Positions 25,714 through 38,818 of a stretch of DNA of 64,000 nt are shown piece by piece (position 1 is the first letter of the stretch; every line of letters starts with the position of its first letter). Position numbers and translations under genes: made by a program. This DNA comes from Octopus sinensis (Eukaryota): assembly GCF_006345805.1 (NCBI RefSeq), contig NC_043019.1:15809360-15873359 (forward strand), given 5' to 3'. A model generated the notes under the pieces. The model did not search any database. It had not been told where the DNA came from and saw only the letters and a list, made by a program, of their open reading frames with translations.

Positions 25714-26034
25714 ATGGACAAAAAGATAGGAGCATTTGACACGTGGATTTTTTGAAGGTTGCGCATGATAAGCAGGCTAAGTGCCCAAAGACACATTGTC
25801 AAGAATCGAGTCCACAAAGTAGTTATATCTTAAACAAACAATGTGCCATGAGCCACTGGCCAAGACTGTCCTGTTGACAGGAAGAAAGCAAAAAGCTGCT
25901 GAAGATGTTTGTGGCGTGACAACATAATGGAATGGAATGGAAACAAGAACTTGGCTGATTGTATGCATGCAGCTCAACACAGAGGGAGAATCTTGGCAAG
26001 CTGACTCTTGGACACAGAGAAGGTTGATGGCTGA
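25714..26034 (+). mobile_element. Decayed RTE-clade LINE, 3' end of ORF
   Basis: Fragments KKIGAFDTWIF*RL, PLAKTVL and WRDNIMEWNGNKNLADCMHAAQHR match the RTE C-terminal pattern (AFExW..RR.L / W.DNI.EW.G). Stops and frameshifts present. Confidence 0.72.
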
Positions 26035-29000
26035 AGACTATTGTCAGGAATGTGATATAAAGGAAACTTACAGACCCATGGTTTGGCGATATGACTCTGT
26101 AATAAAAATTTTTTCTCGTCTTGTCATAGAATCCTTGAGATCCTTGTTCCCATTGTGCATAAGATCATAACACTCCCTGCTCTACTGAATGGGATGCTAG
26201 CCCATCACAGGTTTAACTCCCCAGTTGTTACTGAAACTCATTTACAGCTGAGTGGACTGGACCAACATGAAATAAAGTGTTTTGCTCAAAAAACCCAACG
26301 CACTACCCAGTCTGGGAATTGAAACCCTGATCTTATGATCGCAAACACAACACCCTAACCAAATAGGCCATGTGCATTCATGTAGAACACAGTAATTCTT
26401 TGTTAATGTTACAAGATAACAACAGAAGGCCAAACATATTGGCAGAGAGAGAGAGAGATGTATAAAGAATTATACAAACAGGAAATATTGAATGATTAAT
26501 AACAATAATAATGAGACAGGTGAGAATCAGATGATGGAAGAATATAATGGTGATATCGTTGTAATACAGGTGTACCAAAATGCATCAATGGTAGAAAGTT
26601 TAGGAAAAAAAAAGAAGAGAAAAACATGGTTGAATGAATGATAAGGGTGAAAGAGGAGGTGGAAATTGCAACTACTAAACTATGTACAAATATATAAAGC
26701 CATAAATGATAGAAAAATAATTTGATGAAATTTTTATTTAACAATAAAACTCAAATATCACAACAAACTGTTTTGTAACTTAAAAACATGTAAATGATTT
26801 ATATTATATTTAATGATAAATAAATTACTTACATATCTGCATTAATGCAAAATATCTTTCAAAATAATAGAATATAAATTATTTACATGTCTTTAAGTCG
26901 GGAAAACAATTTGTCATGATATTTGAATTTTCTTATTGTCATATAACACTTCCTCAAACTATTTCTCTCTCATTTATGACTTTATACACACCTTAACATG
27001 GTCTCTCTTGTACTATATATTCTAAGTTTTGTAGAATGATACATTAAGGAGCTTCTTTTATGAGTAGCACTGTATTACTTGAATCCATACACCTATGTCA
27101 AAATTGCATTGATTCTTATGATCTAGACCAGTAGCTCTCAACCATTCTTGTTACTTGTAGATTCCTTAGATTACCATTTTAGTCTCGTGAAACTACATAG
27201 CCATTTGATGTTTAAAAATTAGTTTTACAGATACTTCTTTCAAAATTCCTATTCTGTTTTTCACACGTACACGTGTATGTAGGTTTGCAGTAACACTCTC
27301 TAAGACATTGTGTTGAACTATATGAAACATCAGAGAAAGAAACCTTGTTGCTATTTGCAATAATCACAACTAAAGCAACATTTTTTTCATGAACCCTAAA
27401 AATACTACTGTGGATTCCCAATTTACTATTTTGCTTGCAAGGACCCTGGTTGAGAACTACTGATCTGGACTCTACTGAAGATTTTTGGGCCATCATATGT
27501 TTCTAGACCACCAGATTTTGCTGGGTACTCATACCACCCCCGACTTTGCAGGTGATTCTTGGGGCCTCAGATTTAACCTTTTTAATAACAATCTGCCTGA
27601 AATTGCCCCTGGTTCTATGATAACTTCCTGTTTTCAGGGGATCCAAATTAAAAACTTTCTTCAAAATGCAATGTTCATTCGTTCTGTACACCAGGTAAAC
27701 AATTCTTTCCAATTTTGGAACAAAGTTAGCTATTATAGGAGAAGGGCAAGACAATTACATTGACTTGGTGCTCAAAATGGTACATAATTTACTCACCCAG
27801 AAAAGATGAAAGGCAAAGTCAACCATGGCAAAATTTGAGCACAGAACATAAAGAGAGGGAAGAAATGGTGTTAAACATCCTCTCTATCCAGCTAACAATT
27901 CTGCTAGCTTAATAAAGACAAGTGATAATTTAGTAAAATACTATTTACTAAATTCTTCACATTTTCAAAATTAACTGAAACAAAGGCAGTGTATTTCAAC
28001 AGAAATATAACAACAATAGTGTTAATACAAGCCCTTTAGGACCTTAAATTGCGACAGAAGTGCAAATACAAACATTAGAAAAAAAAAAAAGATAAACCCC
28101 CAGCTGTAAGTAAAAAATAAATTGATATGCTGCTTTTGCTTTTCCTGTCCCAGCTGAAAGGATGAGGTGTGAAATGTGAAAAATGAAATGTGAAACATAA
28201 GTTGTGAAATGGTAAGATTCCAAAAAACAGAATGCAATAAAAATGGTAAAACAATGACACTGGATGGTTGATATTTGAGGGACTTCGTCAACAAGAAGGT
28301 AGGACATGAAACGATGAACAAATGTGAACATGAGATTTTGGGTACATGTAGAGAGAGGGTGACTTCTACAGCTCCAACAGTTGATCTCATATATATATAT
28401 ATATATGAAAATGACTCCAGATTCTGAAACAACTTAGAATGATGTCAATGAAAATTTATTTTTATGAACTATGAGGTTTGTAGAATGAAGGACAAGTGTG
28501 TAGGATGATATTATGTGTGAAGGACGGGTATATAAAAATGATGATAATATTTCTTGTTTTGGCACAAAGCCAGCAATTTTGAGAGGATGGAGAGGCGACT
28601 ACATCAGCCCTGAAAGGATGAAAAGCAAAGCCAACCTTGACAGTATTTGAACTCAATGTAAAGAGCCAGAAGAAATGCCACTGAGCATTCTGTCCACACT
28701 CTAATGATTCTGCCAGCTTGCTATCTTCATATACACACACACATATAGAGAGAAAGAGAGAGGGAAAGAGAAAGAAGGAGAGAGATAAATGTATCCAAGT
28801 TTTAGGAAATGACAAATGAGTTTTTGATGAAAATATGGCAAAGAAAGACAAAAAAAATCTGTGAAAAATGAAAGAAAAAAAAAGCTATTTAACAGTCATT
28901 ATGGATTATATACATATCCCCAAGAACACCACTGGTACTGTGTTATAAATCCACCTTTGACCATTCTTTGTCCTGTATTACCAACCTGTCCAGATACTAT

Positions 29001-29721
29001 CCTTTGTCCCATAGTGCCAGTCTGAGACCACCCATCTCCAAGGCAACCCATATTAATTATAATATTCATAATTTAATTTAAAAGCTTCATTAAAACTCTA
29101 GTATTTACATAAATAATTTAAAAAGATGGGATACATCATTAAGTAAAAATACTATCATCACAGTTTTATATAAGAACATAACCACCATCAAGTTTCCAGA
29201 GGTTTTTGATCTCATGTTCTGTAATGACTGCTTGATTATGATACCTACTAAACACTGACTCAAGACATCAATAACACTGCTGTAGCTTACTAAATGCTTC
29301 TGAATTCCTAATTATTTTGATGAGTTGAATCACAAAGGACAAGCTATTTGGTTTAATTAGATTATTTTTTCTAAAACACCTGAAGACTCGGACTGATAAA
29401 CAAAATATGAAAGGTAGCTTTGTTGTCAGAGATTTGGTCACAAAAGGGTTAAAATAAATGTGCCAGTGAACCAGTGGATAAGAGATTAATTAATTATAAA
29501 CAGTAATTAAAACAATACCACAATTAATTAAGTGTAGGGAGTCAAATGGAAAAGAGAAAAATTAATTGAAAAATTAAAAACAAGAAAGAAAAAAAATCAA
29601 GCCACAACTGGGCCAGACAACTTAATGAAGTTTCACAGATATCAATAACCAATCAATAGTCTATTTTTTGTCTTCTTCATTAATTACTAATTTGTCATAA
29701 AATAATTAGATTTTTTTTTAC

Positions 29722-29844
29722 CTGGTCTCTTCAAATTCAAGGTCCTGGTGATAACCCAAGGCCAGTCGGAGTCGTACAGTGTTGGAAAGCCTGCATTGGT
29801 ACCAGCTAACAGTCGAATATGGTAGACAGTGTCTGGCATAAGAT
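29722..29844 (-). CDS. PRTG: Protogenin-like exon, second half of FN3-2
   Basis: gcatttttcAG ... G|GTAAAA. Encodes DLMPDTVYHIRLLAGTNAGFPTLYDSDWPWVITRTLNLKRP. Phase 1/1. Confidence 0.93.
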
Positions 29845-30909
29845 CTGAAAAATGCAGAGTAGGGAGGGTCACACATGGAGTAGATAGTTTGTCTAACCCA
29901 CCCACCACTTCCTCATGATCATCATTGGGTGTAATTACTAAGTGACAGGAAAGCTTCCTCCTGGTTACTCAATGTGGTAGAAATAGCAACAAAATCTCTG
30001 TTGATCATACCCTACAGTCTCAAAGAAAATAAGAACCCATTGTTGTTGTTTTAATGTCCACTTTTCTGTGGTTGCATGGCTCAGCTGGAATTTGCTGAGG
30101 CAGACTTTTTATGGCTGGGTGCCTTTCTTGTCACCAACCCATAGCTATTTCCAAATAAGACAGGATTTTCCCATAGCTAGACACACATTTACAGAACACG
30201 GAGAATGAACAACACTGCTTGTATGATGGTGATACTCATTTACAGCTATAATGCAGTGTCAAGAAAAGGTGACACAAACACACAGGGATTCATTCAGTTT
30301 CTGTCAATGAAATCCACTTATGAGGTTTTTGGTTGGCCTGGAGCTACAGTAGAATACAATTGCCCATGGTGCTACGAAGTGGGGCTGAACTCAAAACCTT
30401 GTGGCCAAGAAGCAAACTCCTTAACCACACATCCATGTCTATGCCTAAAAGAAGGGGGATGTATTAAATACATCTTAAGATTAAGTGGTCATAGCTGGAA
30501 TGTCTTCAATCATAGGCCTGCAGGATCAGAGCTGACCCAGGGCTATAAAGTAACAGCAATAACAGTAATTAACTTCAAAGATAAAATACATGAGATCTTC
30601 CTAATGAGTCATTATGGGAAGAAAGAGTTGCTTGTTGCTGAAGTTTGGTCCCAAACCAGCTCCTGATCCCCATCCAACTGACACTCTCTCGGATACGACG
30701 ACGAGCCTTCCAGATGATCTGATCAATGCAACAGCCTGCTCATGAAATTAACGCGCAAATGGCTGAGTACTTCACAGACACACATACCCTTAATGTAGTC
30801 CTCAGGGAGATTTAGCATGACACAAAATATGGCAAGGCACAGTTTGAATTAAAGGCACAACTTATTTTTGCCAGCTGAATGAACTGGAACATGAAATATC
30901 ACAGCAGGT

Positions 30910-30982
<73 letters not shown>

Positions 30983-31011
30983 GACAGAGGACCAATAACA
31001 ACAATGCATAC

Positions 31012-31200
31012 CAGTAATTAGATATTCCCTGACTGCTGGTTTCTTGAACTTTTCCATATTGGTTCTGTTGTGGGCCTTGTAGTAAACCCTGTATTGGGTG
31101 ATCACACCACGACGGTACTCCCTTGGTATTTCACCCCACTTGATCTTAATGCTGGTTGGTGTTTTACCAAGTATATCTACTTGTGGAGCAATTAAAGGCG
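31012..31200 (-). CDS. PRTG: Protogenin-like exon, first half of FN3-2
   Basis: ctctctctcttcAG ... G|GTATGC. Encodes TPLIAPQVDILGKTPTSIKIKWGEIPREYRRGVITQYRVYYKAHNRTNMEKFKKPAVREYLIT; IPxxYRRG resembles the protogenin FN3-2 motif. Phase 1/1. Confidence 0.95.
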
Positions 31201-31318
31201 CTGAAGAGAGAGAGAAAGAAAAACAGATATATATGGATAGTCATTACATCACATCATACTGGAGGCTGGAAGTTGTCACATATTGTATTTTGCAGCATGG
31301 AAGACTTTTTTCTTTTAA

Positions 31319-31526
31319 CACTTTAGCATTCAGATTATTCTGTCAAATGTACTGCTTATTTATTCACATTATTTTGAATAAATCTTATAGCTTTGAGATT
31401 TCACTGATGTAATTGTTTGGTTTTAGGACATTGTAGGGTAGGTGTGAGAGGCCAGAATCTGCCTATTAGAATATAAAAGTGGTAGAAATATTTTGGCTGG
31501 ATATGGCCAGTTTAAATACTAAAAGG
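31319..31526 (+). mobile_element. Second piggyBac-type MITE family
   Basis: TTAA|CACTTTAGCATT ... AATACTAAAAGG|TTAA with internal gacattgtagggtaggtgtgaga. Related copies at ~18.8-19.0, 37.7 and 55.5-55.73 kb. Confidence 0.75.
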
Positions 31527-32632
31527 TTAAAGAAAATACCCGTGGTTTTCAATGGGATGATTAGTAGTAGCAGTCGTAACCAATGGTGGATATTGTACGA
31601 TGGCCATAGTGTACGACAAATAACTGAAGGAGATTAAAAGCACAAAGCATAACATTGTGAACTATAATAATCCTTTCTACTACCGGAATTTTGCGCTAGT
31701 CAAAAGGCAAAGTCGATCTTGGTGGAATTTGAACTAAGAACGTGAACAGATGAAATGTCGCAAGGCATTTTGTTCAGTATGCCAACGCTTCTGTGTACTA
31801 TAATATTACCAGCAGTGAACCACCAGGCAGGTAGCCATTGTCTGGTGGTTCTACTCCATGACAGAGGATAACAACACTCTGCTAATTTGTCCACACAATT
31901 TTGTCTGAAAAACAGATCTTAGCATGTGCTTGCCAGGCACTGCCTGATTGTACAGACAGGATTTCAGTAAGTGTCTTGCTTCTGCATTGAATAAGGAACC
32001 ATTCACATCATTTAGCTATTATTTGTGTGCACGTCATGTGTAACATGTCAGGTCACACAATACATCTTGATAAAACACATGGTGCTTAGCCATGCTCAGG
32101 AATTTTTCTGATTAGATTCTGGACTAATGGTACAACTTTTATCTTTTGTTTCAGTCATTAGAATGCGGCCATGCTGGAACACCACCACGGAGAATTTTTA
32201 GTCGAATGAATCGACAGCAGTACTTTTTTTTGTTTTTTTTTGTTAAAAAAGACTGGTACTTATTCTATCAATCACTTTTTACCCAACTGCTAAGTTACAG
32301 ACATAAACACACAAACACGGGCTTCTTTCAGTTTCTGTCTGCAAAAGAAGACACATGCCCAAGGTGTCATACATGGGACTGAACCCGGTAGCATGTGCTT
32401 GGGTAAAACTTTGAAAAACGTTCCTATTGTTTTTTTTCTATTACTAGTCTCAATCCTGCAGTGCTTTTCACACAACCTGTGTGCATGTGTGTATAAACAT
32501 GCACACAGGTTGTGTGAAACAGGTACTGCTAGACCAAATATTCTCTTCATTTTGTACCCTAACCTTTAACAGAGAACGGGAGGAAAGCTTACAAAAATGA
32601 TTAACAGACCAATTATTTGAAGTTGTACTTAC

Positions 32633-32782
32633 TGGCATCAGGAGTGAACTGAGACACACTGTTGGAATGGCCACTGGCACCAAAATGGTTGTATGCAGTG
32701 ACATAACAGCTGTAGTTGGTAAAGGGCTCCAGGTCCTTCAATATTAGGAAGGTTTTCTCGACAAGCTTATCTTCTCCTGGTT
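32633..32782 (-). CDS. PRTG: Protogenin-like exon, second half of FN3-1
   Basis: ttcttcatacAG ... A|GTAAGT. Encodes KPGEDKLVEKTFLILKDLEPFTNYSCYVTAYNHFGASGHSNSVSQFTPDA; DLEPxxNYxxYxxAYxxxGAS resembles protogenin FN3-1 as I recall it. Phase 1/1. Confidence 0.94.
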
Positions 32783-33043
32783 CTGTATGAAGAAATCATT
32801 GATATAAATTTCTTGGTAGAGTACACACACATAAATACATACACACATGTAAATATACACATACATGTACACATATACACACATATATACGTAATCTGCT
32901 CACAGGAAACACCAATTTTTGTAACTACAAGTCAGATATTTGATTATACTGTATTAAATTACAAATAAAATTTTAAAGTAATAATTTCAAACACTAATCT
33001 ACAACAACACAAATAAATAAAAAAGAAGAAGCAGAATACAAAC

Positions 33044-33181
33044 TTGATTTTCTTGAACAATGGACAGAATATGTCTTGATGGGACAGCATGGTTTGGCTA
33101 TAGGTGGCTGCCAGCTTATGTTTAAGGCATTCATTGTGACTGTATGGAGGGTTACATTGCGTGGAGGATTTGGTGCTTTCA
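33044..33181 (-). CDS. PRTG: Protogenin-like exon, first half of FN3-1
   Basis: caatatcAG ... A|GTTTGT (weaker donor, but phase fits the next exon). Encodes VKAPNPPRNVTLHTVTMNALNISWQPPIAKPCCPIKTYSVHCSRKS. Phase 1/1. Confidence 0.9.
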
Positions 33182-34630
33182 CTGATATTGATGATGATGG
33201 GGTGCAAGAAAAAAAGAGAACGAGAGAAAATATACATTAATACATGTTCAAAAGTTTCATAATAATAATAATAGCAATAGGGATGGGATGCTCAACCCGA
33301 AGAAAATTCTAACTGGGTCACTACCTGCAAGGTCATGTCCTATTTTAACTTGATATGAGGTCACTATGTCACACACTTATGGTTGTGATGCATGTGCCTG
33401 GTGTACCCTTATCAGACAGGTGATCATGATGAGAGTATATTGGGCTTCCTATATTTGTACCCAAGGCATGTACACATGCAGTCACTTTGACGGCCTGTGC
33501 TGCTCTCTTACTCAATGAAGGTGATGATCCTTTCTACTATAGGTACAAGCCCTGAAATTTGAGTGCTAGTCGATTACATCGACCCCATTGTTCAACCGAT
33601 ACTTATTTTATCGACCCCAATAGGATGAAAGGCAAAGTCAAGCCTGGCAGAATTTGAACCCAGAATATAAGGACAGGTGAAATGATAAGCATTTTGCCAG
33701 GTGTGCTTATGATCCTGCCAGCTCGCTGCCTTTAAAAAAAAACGTCTTAAATTTTGGCAAAGGCCAGCAATTTTTAAGGGAGTGAGTGGTCACATCACCT
33801 CCAGTGTTCAACTGGTACCAGCGGCTAAGCATATTGTCTGGCATGCCAACAGTTCTGTAAGCTTGCCTTAATAATAATACTCATATTTACCATCAACCAC
33901 CTCTTCACTCTTGTTCAACATTCAAAACATATACAACCTATGTGCCTAAATATCTCTCTCTCATTCGGGCAACATTTACCCACCATCTTTCTTGAATATG
34001 TTATTTGAGGTATAGTGTTATATGCAGATGCCCTTTTTGGCATTGCAGCAAGCCGCCTGGATGATTTGCTGACAGGAAAAACTGACAGCACCAACTGACA
34101 CCTTTACATGCATGCATACATGTATGCACACTTACACACAATAGTCTTTTTTCAGGTTCCCCTTCAATCAAATCAAATGCACTGATGAGGGGCTTTATTG
34201 GCATAGAGCAATAGTAGAAGACACTCACCCAAAGTGCTGGAGAATGTGATTGAAACCCACCAAAACAAGGCCACTGGGAAGCAAACACACACACACACAC
34301 ACATTATAATAGTTTTCAAATGGCCCCACAAACAAAGCAGAGAAAACTGAACACATTATGTAGAGTATATTTACTATGACATAGTGATTAAAAATGACTA
34401 TTGGTCTGTACCTTCCAAAAGCAAACATCAGATAGATTTTACACAGGATTTTATATAGCTTATTAACCCTTTCAACATTATGATTACAGCCTCAGGCTGA
34501 ACAAAGCCATGCAAGTGAATCTGGTAGGTACAAAATGTCCATGTGTAGATGGGTGAGTGAATGTGCTCATGCCCTGAGAGACATGGGAAAAAATCAATTT
34601 GTCAAGTGTAAAGGGGAAAGCAATATTTAC

Positions 34631-34763
34631 CATTGACTTCAATCTTTAGCCTGGCTAACCCTGAAGCATAACCAACAGAATTCTCAGCAAAACATTGGTA
34701 ATAGCCGGAATCGGTCTCTTGACTTTGAATAATTCTTAGCAGAGATATTCCATCTTTCTTCGG
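34631..34763 (-). CDS. PRTG: Protogenin-like exon, second half of Ig4
   Basis: catctgttaacAG ... G|GTAAAT. Encodes PKKDGISLLRIIQSQETDSGYYQCFAENSVGYASGLARLKIEVN (DSGYYQCxAENxVG, typical of DCC/neogenin/protogenin Ig4). Phase 0 in, phase 1 out. Confidence 0.95.
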
Positions 34764-34980
34764 CTGTTAACAGATGAGAAAATAAGAGTTATTTTTAGTT
34801 ACAGACACATACTAAGTCACTGACAAATATACACACAACAAATGCCTTCTGTGGCCACAAAGACTTTTGGCCTTTCCAATCAAGCAAGATTTTTATAAAA
34901 TAGCTAAATCTCCAAAAGCCAAAACGTTCATTGGGAGAAAAATGAAAAATACTTACTATAATTGAGATTCTGCTGCCCAC

Positions 34981-35111
34981 CTTTATCTTCTTTCCATTGA
35001 ATAGCCAGGTGAGTGTCGGAAATGGTACAGCATCGTAACGACAGATGAAGTCGACAACGTGAGCTTGGGGATAAGCTCTGTGGGGTAGTTCGTTGAGAAT
35101 TTCAGGTTCAA
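34981..35111 (-). CDS. PRTG: Protogenin-like exon, first half of Ig4
   Basis: tttctttctatccAG ... AAG|GTGGGC. Encodes VEPEILNELPHRAYPQAHVVDFICRYDAVPFPTLTWLFNGKKIK. Phase 1 in, phase 0 out. Confidence 0.92.
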
Positions 35112-35750
35112 CTGGATAGAAAGAAATATTTGTTTCAAGAAACCGTTAGGTAGGTAGATGTCAGAGTATACACACAGTTTAATCAGCAAACACAGAGGTG
35201 ATATACTTAACATAGTTAACATGGACACATTTGACAGAGAACCAGCTGGAATGCAAGACTTGTGAGTAGGGGTCACAAGTCTGGCATGGGTCTATCCAAA
35301 TAGAACCTACTAAGATTAATTGTGCTGTGAGTCTAGATGGATAGAATTGGCCAGGGCTATGTAAGAACTCAATGGCACTTGATCTGCTAGAAATAGCAAC
35401 CAAATTATCTTTAAATGATAGTGTACTGCTTTGATAAGAGGGTGGTGTGGTATGCATTGTATAATGTAGTTCTAAATTTAGAATGCCCAAAAGCAGGGAT
35501 AGTCATAGTTGGAACACCTTTAATTACAGGGTGTCCTTAGAACTGATGTGGGGTTAATCAACATTGCAGATAGAGAGATAAGCAACCAGACAGAGAAAGA
35601 CAGACCATACACAGCCAAAGAGACACACACAGTTCAGACACATAGACATAGACATACACAGAGAGAGATAAACGTATGTTATCATCGTTATTGGTGAAGC
35701 AACAAAATAGTGAATATCTAAGATGAAGAAATGTAATCAGTGCTACCCAC

Positions 35751-35900
35751 CTTGTACGTCCAATGAGATGATGGCTAAGATTATTGTACCAGATGATGCT
35801 GAACAAATATAATTGCCACTGTCCTTCCTCTCCAGGTGACTCAGCTGTAGGCTCCCACCAACGAGGATTTTCATGTTTTTTTCCTGGATTTTCTTCCCAT
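35751..35900 (-). CDS. PRTG: Protogenin-like exon, second half of Ig3
   Basis: tgttttatAG ... G|GTGGGT. Encodes DGKKIQEKNMKILVGGSLQLSHLERKDSGNYICSASSGTIILAIISLDVQ (DSGxYxC). Phase 1/1. Confidence 0.93.
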
Positions 35901-36025
35901 CTATAAAACAGGAAGTAGAAAGAGAAGGAAGGTTACATGATGATGATGTTATCGAGGTTGTGATGACATTTGATCATAAGAAACAAAGAAAGAAATGGAA
36001 AGAAAGAGATAAAGGAAGACGGAAA

Positions 36026-36049
36026 GAGAGAGAGAGAGAGAGAAATAGG

Positions 36050-36128
<79 letters not shown>

Positions 36129-36130
36129 AT
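36026..36130. repeat. (GA)n microsatellite (similar tracts at 30915-30965, 4279-4300 and 6272-6296)
   Basis: Visible directly. Confidence 0.96.
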
Positions 36131-36907
36131 GAAGAGAATGAAAGGAAATAGAGAAAAGTAGTAATGGGGTGAGACAGAAATAGGAAAGAAAGAAAATGAA
36201 AAAGAAAACAGAAAAGGAAGGAAAATTAAAGAAATGAAATGGTTTCAAACAAACCAAAAGTCTGACTTTGAAATTTTGATAAATATCTTGGCATCTACTA
36301 CACACAGAACCATGCAATAAAAGTATGGCTATCTGTCCTAGCTAACCTCAGTGTATTACTCGTATTTAATTCACTATAGAAGGATTGTGGATGCATGACC
36401 AAATAGGCCACAGGACCAGCACTGTAGATTGTCTGTGGCAACAGTTCAGGCCAACTAAGTGTAAGACGCCCATCAGCCTACTTGACTTCAATTATATGTA
36501 GGAATTACAACAGCCCAGTCTAGCTAGCTGTATGTAGGAGGTACCTATGACAACAGCCAAATGGTACTCTGGATGGTTACTGTAGTAAATTGCCAATCAA
36601 TGATGTATTTACCTTAAGTATAGTACACAGATGATTATTTTAATTTCATGTTTCTAAAGCATATAAAGAATTTTTATTCGGCCAGGCAGCCATTTGCAAT
36701 ACTAGTGAATGTTTATCCATTATTTTCTTTTATATTAGAAGACTTTGACTGGCCGTGAGAACACACCATGGATAAGGCCCGATGAGACCAAAATGCATCT
36801 GGCATTGAGACGATTTTCAGCCTTTCTTAATAGCTATTTCAATAATTAATACTGCTTCTCTAGCATATAACAAATTATAACTTGTAGTTTGGGTTTACAG
36901 ATCTTAC

Positions 36908-37036
36908 CTTCCCTGGACCAAGTGATCTTAGGAAGAGGACTCCCATCAGCGATACACACCAAAACTGTAGTACTTCCTGCCATGGCTTTTACTCCGGACG
37001 ATTGACTGAGGAACCTTGGGGGTCGCGACCCGGAAC
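36908..37036 (-). CDS. PRTG: Protogenin-like exon, first half of Ig3
   Basis: ttcctcaccAG ... G|GTAAGA. Encodes SSGSRPPRFLSQSSGVKAMAGSTTVLVCIADGSPLPKITWSRE (CxAxGxPxPxIxW). Phase 1/1. Confidence 0.94.
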
Positions 37037-38651
37037 CTGGTGAGGAAATGCAAATGTCAGTGTAACAGAATGACAGAACAAAAATTACATAATACATTTA
37101 ATGGAATGTTAGGGAAAAAAAATTATACTATAACAACATTTATGGTTTGAATACAAATCAACCTTAAGATTAATCTTAACTTTAGACTATCAGTGTTACT
37201 TTAGACCAACAGTTCTCAACTAGGGTCCTTATAAGATTTCTTAAAATTTACAAGCAATAAATTACTTCTACTTCTACCATATAATTTAACACTTTTTTGA
37301 CAATAAAGATATTATAGGTTATGTTAAACACTGAATAGCTCTGAGGGTCCACCAGAGTAGATAAGAATAAAAAGGGTCCATAGATAAAAAAAGAAAAATA
37401 GTTCAGAGTCACTGCCTCAGCCAACAATGCCAATCCTAAAACTTAAACAGCTCTGGTCACACATGAGCAACTTACAAAAACCCTTTTATTACTGCATTTC
37501 TGTTGAAATAAACAGTCTGTTTCAATTAATTTTGAAAATAATGAAAAATTAAATAAAATAACTGTCATTATTAAGTTAACATTTGGAACATGAATTACCA
37601 TGAAATTTTGATGAGAGAAATTAACTTAGATTAGATTTTCTTTTATCATAGAACCAAAGCCAATTTCAAGTGGGTTAGTATCAAAAAGCTTAATTGTTTA
37701 GCATTCAGATTATTTTGTCAAATGTATTGCTTATTTATTCACATTGTTTTTGAATTAGCCATGCATTATCTCATAGCTTTGAGATTTCAATGAAATTGGG
37801 TAGAATATCAGAGCTGAATATGTCTGGTTTCAGTATTAAAGGTTTAAATCACTGCTGGCTCTATTTTACTAGTCTAATTCCATGCTATAAAACTACCACA
37901 GATTATCCTCAACTCAATGAGACCAACCCATTCAAAAGTACTCGTATAACATTATGTTTAATATTTAAACCAAAACCTCCATCGAATTTGTCCTTCTTAC
38001 ATAAATAATAATATGGTTATATTTACTAAGTTAAAATACCATTTTTACAGATTTATATGATGACTTTTGGTATAGATGGTAACCAAGCAAAATGTTTCAA
38101 TAAGTAAAAATACCATCACAGGTTTATAGACCAATGAATAAATAAGTGTTAAAGCTATTTCTTTGTATCATACGAAATTTTTGACATTTTGGAAATGAAT
38201 TAAATCACATAAAATATTTTTTTGTGATTAAAAAAATACTGTGTGAACAAGAAAAGAAAGTACAAAACAACCATCTCAACCACATGGTTTCAAGTTCAGT
38301 CCCATTGCTTGGCACCTTGGACAAATGTCCTCTACTATAGTCCCAGGCCAACCACAGCCTTGTGAGTGGATTTGACTGATGGAAACTGAAAGTAGTCCAC
38401 TGTATGTAAGTATGTATATATGAACACACACATATGTATGCATGTGTCTTAGCATATGATACTTGTAAATGAATGTCACTGTCATACAAGCGGTGTCTTC
38501 ATTTTCAATGTCCCACAAAAGCATATGCAGCCATGAGGAAATATTACATTACCTGGAAATAGGTGAGGGTTGCAACAGGATGCACAATCTGCTGTAGTAA
38601 ATCTGACCCATTGGTTGGCAGAAGATTATTCCATAAATAAACTATACTTAC

Positions 38652-38818
38652 TTTCTTGTACAACCAGTTTGGCTTGTGAACTATCTCTCCACTGGAATTT
38701 GGACACTTGGTTTGGCAGTTGTTGCAGAGCCCCATGATAACTCCGGCATCGATAGTAACCAACATCAGATTTCTTGACATTGTAAATCTGGAGTATACCT
38801 GAAGGTAGTGTTGTGTAC
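38652..38818 (-). CDS. PRTG: Protogenin-like exon, second half of Ig2
   Basis: tatacacAG|G...A|GTAAGT. Encodes YTTLPSGILQIYNVKKSDVGYYRCRSYHGALQQLPNQVSKFQWRDSSQAKLVVQE with LPSGxLQI and DxGxYxC motifs. Phase 2 in, phase 1 out. Not in the supplied ORF track, which lists another frame. Confidence 0.93.
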
